Positions 57,738-64,000 of a DNA stretch of 64,000 nt are shown here, piece after piece. How positions within the stretch are numbered: the stretch's first letter is position 1; every line of letters starts with the position of its first letter. The stretch comes from Verrucomicrobiota bacterium (GTDB lineage Bacteria; Verrucomicrobiota; Verrucomicrobiia; Limisphaerales; UBA1412). The notes beneath the pieces are model-generated. The model ran no database searches and was not told the DNA's origin. It saw nothing but the letters and a program-made list of their open reading frames with translations. The DNA lies in NCBI GenBank assembly GCA_023230105.1, contig JALNXY010000001.1:76395-140394 (forward strand), in the 5' to 3' direction. The translations under genes and the position numbers were made by a program.

Positions 57738-58586
57738 TTAAGATTGTTGAGGTGTTTGATGTTGGCAGTGGCAGCGAGGTTCCTCGAGCTTCTCCTTTTC
57801 CTGTGTCTTGTAAATGCCCAGGCGGTCCATCAGTGTTTCAAAATCGACCTGGTGCGCATCAAATTCGGGACCGTCCACGCAAGCGAACTTGGTTTCACCG
57901 CCCACATTGACACGGCAGCCGCCGCACATCCCCGTGCCGTCAACCATCACCGGATTGAGCGAAACAATGGTATGCACTCCGTATTGCTTGGTGAGGTTGG
58001 AAATGGCGCGCATCATCGGCACCGGCCCCACGGCGTAAACCGTCGAGATTCCTCCGGCCTCGAGCTGATCTTTCACCGCATCGGTCACGAAACCTTTGCG
58101 GCCATAGCTGCCGTCATCCGTGCAGACGACCACTTCGCCACATTTCTTGAGTTCCGGTTCAAAGAAGACCCACTGCTTGGAGCGGCCACCGATCACCGAA
58201 ACCACTTTGACTCCGCGGGCATGAAGCGCCTGCGCGATGGGATGCACCACACCGGTTCCCACACCGCCGCCGACACAGATCGCCTTGGAGCCCGGCTCGG
58301 CCAGTTCGGTCGGCTTGCCCAGAGGTCCGGAAATATCGCGAATGAATTCTCCCACCTGTGTCTCCACCAGTTCGCGGGTCGATTTACCGACAGCCTGAAT
58401 CACCAGCGTAATCCAGCCCTCTTTGGGGTCCGCATTGGCGATCGTCAGCGGAACCCGTTCGCTGCCTTCTCCCTTGCAAACAATGACAAACTGTCCCGCC
58501 TTACGAATTTTTGCAATCCGAGGCGCCATTACATCCAGACGCCAGACATTGGGACTTAACTGAGTATTGGCTATGACCTTAAACAT
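57738..58586 (-). CDS. nfnA: ferredoxin-NADP+ reductase-like FAD/[2Fe-2S] subunit (NfnA/SudB-type)
   Basis: PyrK-like fold. C-terminal DGTGMCGGCRV...C.DGPEF cluster motif. 282 aa, immediately upstream of the nfnB-like gene. Confidence 0.8.
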   Translation of the reverse strand: MFKVIANTQLSPNVWRLDVMAPRIAKIRKAGQFVIVCKGEGSERVPLTIANADPKEGWITLVIQAVGKSTRELVETQVGEFIRDISGPLGKPTELAEPGSKAICVGGGVGTGVVHPIAQALHARGVKVVSVIGGRSKQWVFFEPELKKCGEVVVCTDDGSYGRKGFVTDAVKDQLEAGGISTVYAVGPVPMMRAISNLTKQYGVHTIVSLNPVMVDGTGMCGGCRVNVGGETKFACVDGPEFDAHQVDFETLMDRLGIYKTQEKEKLEEPRCHCQHQTPQQS

Positions 58587-58763
58587 CGTACTCTATTTTG
58601 AAAATTCGGCGGATGATTTTCCTCCATTCCGGTGCCCCAAAAAATTGACTCTAATCAACGGCCCCCGGAAACATCAGCCGGGGCATTCTAAACCAGCAGC
58701 CACCCTTCATCAAATATAATTATCTTTAAAACGGGATTCGCCGCAACCCAACCCTTTCAAAAG

Positions 58764-58856
58764 AAATCTGCGCGAATCAGCACAACTCTGCGGTTTATTC
58801 TCTCCCTCAATATTCCCTTCAAAAAATCTGTGCGAATCTGCGTCATCTGCGGTTAA
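58764..58856 (-). repeat. two iteron-like motifs (degenerate 58764-58796; canonical 58824-58856)
   Basis: aaatctgcgcgaatcagcacaactctgcggttta and aaatctgtgcgaatctgcgtcatctgcggttaa. Confidence 0.75.
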
Positions 58857-59052
58857 GATTTTCCCTATCGGGATTCGTGATTATCTGACTCCATGCCCAT
58901 TTGCCTTGTGCCCAGCGGGCACACGCCTCGGAGAGGCGAATGTGCATAACCGTAGGTGCGGCTCCCGCAGGGAGACGTGCCTACGGATAGAAGCGGCCCC
59001 TGTGCTCCCGCCTGAAGGGCGGTACTTCACAACCTGGACTTCTCATTCCAAA
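58857..59052. repeat. upstream module of array D: degenerate 16-bp repeats, gtgcccagcgggcac hairpin, element E (58930-59048)
   Basis: Collinear with 15908-16085. Same junction ctgcggttaa|gattttccc. Confidence 0.85.
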
Positions 59053-59084
59053 AAATCTGCGCTCATCTGCGTAATCTGCGGTTA
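59053..59084 (-). repeat. iteron-like motif (aaatctgcgctcatctgcgtaatctgcggtta); proximal boundary of array D
   Basis: Directly precedes the A-rich spacer and leader D. Confidence 0.8.
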
Positions 59085-59085
59085 G

Positions 59086-59212
59086 AAAAAAATCGAAAAA
59101 AACATTGTAAAACATCGAAACTCATTCACAATACCGTATGTAATTTTTTGCGTAAATGTTGGAGCACCTTACTAAACTCAAAATGCCCGAAATATAATTG
59201 AATTTCAACGTG
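59086..59212 (+). promoter_or_regulatory. conserved array leader, copy D: promoter TACTAA-17 nt-TATAAT
   Basis: ...accttactaaactcaaaatgcccgaaaTATAATtgaatttcaacGTGact, with -10 at 59193-59198. Aligns with leaders A and C over ~125 nt. The palindrome is degenerate here. Confidence 0.6.
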
Positions 59213-59308
59213 ACTGATCTGCTAAACATGAGGGATACGACAGGGTCCGGGTACGGATACACCCCCTTGAATATACGAGAGATGCCTGAAAAAGGGTATA
59301 ATTTGTAA
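59210..59308 (+). other. 32-codon ORF starting at the conserved GTG (VTDLLNMRDTTGSGYGYTPLNIREMPEKGYNL*), YD-like stub
   Basis: Shares aacGTGACTGATCTGCT (NVTDLL) with array A. GC-rich patch. The stop overlaps the ATG of the first cassette. Confidence 0.35.
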
Positions 59309-59802
59309 TGAAAATATTTAAAATAAATTTAATTAAATCATTATTAATTTTAATATTCCCACTCATTATGCTGAGTGGGTGTGAAAAATACTATGAGGAG
59401 CTTGATAAAAAGCGAACTGAAGAGTTAAAATGCTGCGGTGAATTAAATATAATTTCTTTAAGAATATACAACGAATTTAAATACAATCAGAAAAAACCGG
59501 ATAGTATAAATAGATTGTGTCAAGTGTTTAAAGAAGATGGACAGCTTTCGTTCTTTGAATCTTATGGGCTAGAAAACCTTTATTTTAATCAAGATATCGA
59601 GCTATGGACTCATAGGGTAGATTATTATAATTCAACTAATATAGATTTTTTGACAGATAACAAAGATAATGAAATAAGAAAATTGGCTATCGCTTTAAAA
59701 ATAGAACCTGAAAAATATTTGGGAATAAGATTTGACGGTACATGGTGCAAGACAAACACACTTTCCCCGGAATTACATAATATCCTAATTGAACAAGAGT
59801 AA
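59308..59802 (+). CDS. array D cassette 1: hypothetical lipoprotein (164 aa)
   Basis: Lipobox LILIFPLIMLSGCEKY. AT-rich. Confidence 0.65.
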   Translation: MKIFKINLIKSLLILIFPLIMLSGCEKYYEELDKKRTEELKCCGELNIISLRIYNEFKYNQKKPDSINRLCQVFKEDGQLSFFESYGLENLYFNQDIELWTHRVDYYNSTNIDFLTDNKDNEIRKLAIALKIEPEKYLGIRFDGTWCKTNTLSPELHNILIEQE

Positions 59803-59803
59803 G

Positions 59804-59932
59804 ATGAAAAATATTATCGACAGAGTCCATTTCCCTGCCCTGGACAAATGGCTAAGCAGAGGCCACATCGAAGAACGTGGTGGATTCAATCTCCGTGGTT
59901 TTGTGAATGATGATTCAGTGAATAAACAGTGA
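59804..59932 (+). pseudogene. Rhs core-end stub (MKNIIDRVHFPALDKWLSRGHIEERGGFNLRGFVNDDSVNKQ*)
   Basis: Position-for-position match to the Rhs core end RYYxPxxGRWLSRDPIxExGGxNLYxFVxNxPVNxxD with decayed residues. GC-rich patch between AT-rich cassettes. Stops before any toxin domain. Confidence 0.75.
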
Positions 59933-59951
59933 ATACTTAAAAAATATATTT

Positions 59952-60635
59952 ATGATTGAATTATTTAAAGATTTGATTATATTTGTTTTTACATTGTTTT
60001 ACAAAATAATATTTTTTATAATTGTTATTATTTTTCTTATATTTTCATTTGCTTTAAAATTCATTATTACTATTATCCTCCTTCCGTTAGCTTTGTTTTT
60101 AAGTGACCCTGAAGTAGATGCTGTTGATGTTATTGGAACATGGATTCCAGGAGAGCAGACATCTTTCGATATAACAAATAAAACATGTCAAATTATCTTT
60201 AATAAAGATGGAACGTTTGAAGGTTATTTTCCTTCTCCAGTGGTTCATTTCTCTGGAGTGGATGCCGGACAATGGAGCAATAGAGAAGATCGTGAAACAA
60301 TGTGTTATGGAATCGGCGACTGGTATATGGAACCAGTTAAAGAAGACGATGATTATTATGACAAATACAATAAAAAATATTTAGAAGGAGGATACCAAAA
60401 AGGTAATCAGATATCGTTATATTTTCGGGAAGTTGATGGTGATAGTTCTAAATCGATTGCTACTTGTTTATATATTCAATCCACCGCAGATTCTACCTTT
60501 TGGCAAGAGACTCAATTCAATCTTTTATCAAAATGTGAGAACTTCGATCTTTATTTTGGAATTGGGGACCCGGATTCCAGAAATAAGTTTAACTTTAAAA
60601 AGACAAGAGCCGTTGAGGAAGATAAGAAGGAGTAA
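59952..60635 (+). CDS. array D cassette 2: membrane-anchored hypothetical protein (227 aa)
   Basis: Two N-terminal hydrophobic segments followed by a soluble domain. Confidence 0.65.
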   Translation: MIELFKDLIIFVFTLFYKIIFFIIVIIFLIFSFALKFIITIILLPLALFLSDPEVDAVDVIGTWIPGEQTSFDITNKTCQIIFNKDGTFEGYFPSPVVHFSGVDAGQWSNREDRETMCYGIGDWYMEPVKEDDDYYDKYNKKYLEGGYQKGNQISLYFREVDGDSSKSIATCLYIQSTADSTFWQETQFNLLSKCENFDLYFGIGDPDSRNKFNFKKTRAVEEDKKE

Positions 60636-60647
60636 TGCTAAAGGCTA

Positions 60648-60722
60648 AGCAGAGACACGATCGAAGACCGCGGTGGATTCAATCTCTGTGGTTTTGTGAA
60701 TGATGATTCGGTGAATAAATGG
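60648..60722 (+). pseudogene. Rhs core-end stub, second copy (LSRDTIEDRGGFNLCGFVNDDSVNKW*)
   Basis: Near-identical at the DNA level to 59858-59932 (ggctaagcagag.cac.atcgaaga..g.ggtggattcaatctc.gtggttttgtgaatgatgattc.gtgaataaa). Closer to the LSRDPIEE consensus. Confidence 0.75.
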
Positions 60723-60730
60723 TAGATATT

Positions 60731-61276
60731 ATGAAAAAATTAAAGAAAATAAAAGTCTTATTTAAGTGGGTTAGTATTTTAATACTGCTATTGGTTCTAA
60801 TTGTTAGCGGATACATAGTGTATAACTTTATTGATTATTCTAAGAATAATCATAAAAAACTTTTCCGGAGCTATATAAATCCCATTCCTTCAACAATTGT
60901 TTTCGTTGATTCCGGGGTTTCGGGAATTATGGAACCATGGCAATTCCATTACGTGCAGTTAACACCTCAAAATTTCGATGATATTCTCAAATATCATCAG
61001 TATAGAAAAATTGATGAGCTTTCAGATGATGAGATAAAATCAATTGCAGATCCATCGGAGGAAGAATTTTTGGCTACTGAATACAAAAAGAATAGATATA
61101 ATAATTTTATTCGTTATTATAAAAACTTTGATATGAAATTTAAACTTCCATTTGATGTTAATAAAATAGATTTGTATGAGATATATTATAGAACAGATGT
61201 TTCAAATTCATATCATATTTTTCTAATTGTCAATCGCGAACATTCAGAATTGCTCGCACTTTATACACATATGTAA
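60731..61276 (+). CDS. array D cassette 3: N-terminally anchored hypothetical protein (181 aa)
   Basis: MKKLKKIKVLFKWVSILILLLVLIVSGYIVY anchor. ATG 60731 preferred over the tracked upstream start. Confidence 0.65.
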   Translation: MKKLKKIKVLFKWVSILILLLVLIVSGYIVYNFIDYSKNNHKKLFRSYINPIPSTIVFVDSGVSGIMEPWQFHYVQLTPQNFDDILKYHQYRKIDELSDDEIKSIADPSEEEFLATEYKKNRYNNFIRYYKNFDMKFKLPFDVNKIDLYEIYYRTDVSNSYHIFLIVNREHSELLALYTHM

Positions 61277-61423
61277 CAATGAAAGTTCTGCATAAAAGAC
61301 TCAAAAGGACTACATGAACGCCCAACTATCAGGCAGAGAAGGATTCAAGTGTGGATGCGCCCCCCTACAGGGGCGGGTGTGGCCGTGGGGTGGATTAATG
61401 CGTGGGCACATACAGATGATGTT

Positions 61424-61948
61424 ATGAAAAAGAATATTCAATCAGTACTTTTAGTGAGCGCAGGAATAATGGTTTTGTTGTTTTTGATTATTCCCGCGTT
61501 ATATACACCAACAGTCAAAGCTCCTTATCCTCAGACTTATGGCTCCCTTAAGCGACTTGGATTCTGGGTTAAACAATCCGAGCTTGATAATAAAACTTCA
61601 ATAGTTGATCTTATTAGGGACGCTGCGGTATCTTCTGAGTTTAATCTCCGAGAACAATTTTTTCATATGCTTCAAAATGACCTTGGGATCGATAATGATT
61701 CATTATCTATAATTGAGAAGTCAAAAAAAGATGGCTGGGGAATTCCTTTCAACATAGATTACACGACAAATATTAGTGGGCTTTCAAAAGAACTATTTAA
61801 TTCATTGAGCACATGTTCTATCGTGATATGGTCGAACGGGCCCAACCATGAAGATGAAAAATGTCTCGGCGATGACATTCCGTGGCCAATATCTGAACTG
61901 GAGTTGCATTTAGATGAATATCTCGAACTACTTCGAAAAAGAAGATAA
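61424..61948 (+). CDS. array D cassette 4: N-terminally anchored protein with GspG-like C-terminal domain
   Basis: MKKNIQSVLLVSAGIMVLLFLIIPALY anchor without a G/FTLIE prepilin site. DGWGIPFNIDY...IVIWSNGPNHEDEKCLGDDIPW parallels the GspG pattern DPWG..Y......S.GPDG....DDI.NW. Confidence 0.6.
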   Translation: MKKNIQSVLLVSAGIMVLLFLIIPALYTPTVKAPYPQTYGSLKRLGFWVKQSELDNKTSIVDLIRDAAVSSEFNLREQFFHMLQNDLGIDNDSLSIIEKSKKDGWGIPFNIDYTTNISGLSKELFNSLSTCSIVIWSNGPNHEDEKCLGDDIPWPISELELHLDEYLELLRKRR

Positions 61949-62019
61949 TCAAATACCTGAATTTTTCGACGTGGTCCGTAATATTACGGCAGGTATGGGG
62001 CCCCCGGCTACTTACTTGA

Positions 62020-62130
62020 AATATCTCTTACGATAGCTGGAACCTGGTGCACTCCTATGCGTGGGGATTGGATGCCGGTGGGAGCATGCAGGGAGCCGGG
62101 GGAATAAAAATGAGAAAGGAAAGAGAATGA
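62020..62130 (+). pseudogene. Rhs core internal stub (...NLVHSYAWGLDAGGSMQGAGGIKMRKERE*)
   Basis: YxWGxDxxGSxQGAGG(VGGLL) is a recurrent block of Rhs-associated core domains. GC-rich patch ~62040-62105. The stop overlaps the ATG of cassette 5. Confidence 0.6.
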
Positions 62131-62531
62131 AGAAGATTTTGTGGCAAGGGATTCCTTGGGTAATTCTGGTGTGCCTATGTTTCGTTTTTTGGATTGTAAA
62201 AGAATTGATGACAATAAGAGATTGGCCTTTAAGTTCTGGTACCATAAAAATAGAAAAAGTATCTATCGGAGAAAGAAACTTTATTCTGATCGATGGCGAA
62301 CCTATGAATTATTTAGCTCAAGTGCAATCTATTAACGTGGAGTTAGATAGCTCACTAAATGAAGTGAAGGTTAACCGATACAGAATTTTTTGGTGCCCCT
62401 TTACTGAAATCACGGTCAACAATCAATTTCCCATTTTGTATTCAATTGATGGATGGAAGCCAGGAAAATACTCCGTGGTTTATGGATCTGAGACAGGAGA
62501 TGTTTTAGCAGGCGAATTCGAGATTCCTTGA
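62127..62531 (+). CDS. array D cassette 5: N-terminally anchored hypothetical protein (134 aa)
   Basis: MKKILWQGIPWVILVCLCFVFWIV anchor then a beta-rich-looking domain. ATG 62127 preferred over the tracked start in the GC-rich stub. Confidence 0.6.
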   Translation: MKKILWQGIPWVILVCLCFVFWIVKELMTIRDWPLSSGTIKIEKVSIGERNFILIDGEPMNYLAQVQSINVELDSSLNEVKVNRYRIFWCPFTEITVNNQFPILYSIDGWKPGKYSVVYGSETGDVLAGEFEIP

Positions 62532-62780
62532 GATAGCGTGCACCAGAATGAAGCAAAAGCTCAGAGAGAATGAAGAACCAACTATCAGGCAGAGAAGGAT
62601 TCAAGTGTGGATGCGCCCCCTCCAGGGCGGGTGTGGCCTAATCGACGGAATGACCGGTGCACCGCAGATGACATAGTACAGGGAATCCCATATAGCGTGA
62701 TAAAGAAAGATGAAGAGGTTTCTTTGCGAAAATTACGAGAAGTGTATACAGGCCCACAATATTGATAATTTAATATAAAT

Positions 62781-63095
62781 ATGAAAAGAATTTATTTATT
62801 GGCTTTATCTGCATCCGCGGCGTGTTTATTTCTTTCCTACCTCTTTATCCGGTATCTAACAATGCCGCTTGTGAAGATATTTGTAACACCGCAGACTCTA
62901 GTCTGGAACTCTGAAACAAATAAATATGACCCAGTTTGGACCATGGGAGAAATGGAGAAAATAGGGGACTTTGTTCAAATAGAGTCTATGATTGCGATTG
63001 CATTATCGCTAATCGTGTTTTTTGGAGTTGTATTTGTTGGACGAAGGAATAAAAGGAAGGGAAGTAGAGCGGAAGAATCAAAAATCAAAATGTAA
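62781..63095 (+). CDS. array D cassette 6: small 2-TM protein (104 aa)
   Basis: Two hydrophobic segments and a basic tail. Confidence 0.55.
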   Translation: MKRIYLLALSASAACLFLSYLFIRYLTMPLVKIFVTPQTLVWNSETNKYDPVWTMGEMEKIGDFVQIESMIAIALSLIVFFGVVFVGRRNKRKGSRAEESKIKM

Positions 63096-63106
63096 ATATT
63101 TTTATT

Positions 63107-63982
63107 ATGAAAATAATTAAATGGTTTTTAAAGTTTTTCGCATATTTTTTTCTGCTACTTGTTTTCATAATATTTGTCTCTATATGTCTTTCTGTATTGA
63201 ATATTTTTAGGAATTTACCTTTTGAGCCATCTCAAATTAAATCTGTCACATTTTACTGTGTGGACCCTTTCGATCTCATGGATTATGAAGGGTACCTCAC
63301 TTACATAGAGCCTTATTCTTACAAGCTCAGTTTGGAAGAGGCCCAACTGCTATTCAAGGAAACACAAGGAAATATCCATACAGGCTGGAAGGGTGGAAGG
63401 TTTCTCGGGGTAGTAGAGCTTGAAAATGGAAAAAGATACGATATGGCCATGGGTATGATGTCCGATTATAAGGTTTTACATAAGGGACTCCATATGCGTT
63501 TCAGTGGTGAGTCCGCTGCTCTGTATGAGGAGTTATCGGGAAAACTATATGGGGATTGTCAACCGTTGTTAAAATCCAAAATAGGATTGAATCAAATTAA
63601 AAAGAATTTAGACATTTTAGAAAAGGGCGGTGAATATTCTTTAGAGGAGCTATTTGGGAACGAGAAGGAAAGTCTGGAAATCAATCGTCAGTTAAGCAAA
63701 ATTTTTCAAACGTCAACCAATGAGGATGGGGGGAATATCTTCCATACCTCTGAAATATCGGTAAAAGATGGTCTCCTTTGCGATGCTTATGAAACACCAC
63801 TTTTTTTTACAAGTGGGAGCAAGGAATGGGCTTCAAAAGTCAATCCACTCATGAAGCCTATGAGCGAAAACTTTTTTGTTTGGTCCTCCGGGAAAAATCA
63901 ATCTAACGAGTTTGGATTTGGAGATGACATCTTTTTCCCAAAAACCCGATTCGAGCCCTTTGTCATACATCTAAGCTGGTAA
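63107..63982 (+). CDS. array D cassette 7: N-terminally anchored protein with GspG-like C-terminal motif (291 aa)
   Basis: MKIIKWFLKFFAYFFLLLVFIIFVSICLSVL anchor. C-terminal FFVWSSGKNQSNEFGFGDDIFFP resembles the pseudopilin S.G.....E.G.GDDI motif. Confidence 0.6.
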   Translation: MKIIKWFLKFFAYFFLLLVFIIFVSICLSVLNIFRNLPFEPSQIKSVTFYCVDPFDLMDYEGYLTYIEPYSYKLSLEEAQLLFKETQGNIHTGWKGGRFLGVVELENGKRYDMAMGMMSDYKVLHKGLHMRFSGESAALYEELSGKLYGDCQPLLKSKIGLNQIKKNLDILEKGGEYSLEELFGNEKESLEINRQLSKIFQTSTNEDGGNIFHTSEISVKDGLLCDAYETPLFFTSGSKEWASKVNPLMKPMSENFFVWSSGKNQSNEFGFGDDIFFPKTRFEPFVIHLSW

Positions 63983-64000
63983 AAAACCGATAAGTGCGGA

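Noticed and set aside
55018-58559. Antisense ORFs 55018-55866, 57109-57696 and 57744-58559
   Set aside because: They are opposite budA, nfnB-like and nfnA-like genes that have diagnostic motifs.

Overview
The window is a 64-kb stretch of a moderately GC-rich bacterial chromosome. The gene content (DUF1080-type proteins, many secreted glycosidase-like proteins, NfnAB, FKP, GspG-like domains, PilC/PilD) suggests an anaerobic PVC-group organism, Verrucomicrobia/Kiritimatiellae/Lentisphaerae-like. That placement is an inference only. The backbone is ordinary housekeeping: a sod fragment, fkp-like, rluD, lgt, rplM-rpsI, a beta-CASP RNase, coaE, a cysS-tmk-aroE-pilD-MFS-ligA run, trxA, nfnAB and others.

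The unusual part is four strongly AT-rich cassette arrays: A 3230-6440 (genes on the - strand), B 16089-17821 (+), C 32741-34256 (-), and D 59053 to beyond 64000 (+).
- They encode only small lipoproteins, N-terminally anchored proteins or multi-TM proteins.
- Each array is headed by the same unit: a triple CGCAGAT iteron-like motif, then an A-rich spacer, then a ~120-bp leader. In A, C and D the leader carries a sigma70-like promoter; in B it is truncated and the promoter part is missing.
- Arrays A, B and C are bracketed by direct copies of the iteron motif.
- All four are embedded in mosaics of short GC-rich hairpin (REP/BIME-like) repeats.
- In A and D, with one weak trace in B, short GC-rich stubs of the Rhs/YD-repeat core lie between cassettes, cut at different points and not followed by a toxin domain.

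I read these as dispersed, promoter-driven orphan polymorphic-toxin immunity or cassette arrays with an organisation I do not recognise as described. No integrase, transposase or full-length rhs gene is in the window.

Other accessory content:
- An MmeI-family Type IIL restriction-modification gene has a very AT-rich central to 3' segment, roughly where the specificity region is expected.
- A tandemly duplicated lipoprotein gene carries 11-residue repeats.
- A prepilin peptidase has a large insertion.
- LigA has an extra BRCT-like module.
- A membrane-anchored acidic protein has a GrpE-like region.

I recognised no rRNA, tRNA or CRISPR array. Many long ORFs in the track are antisense shadows of real GC-rich genes or read through repeats, and I rejected them.
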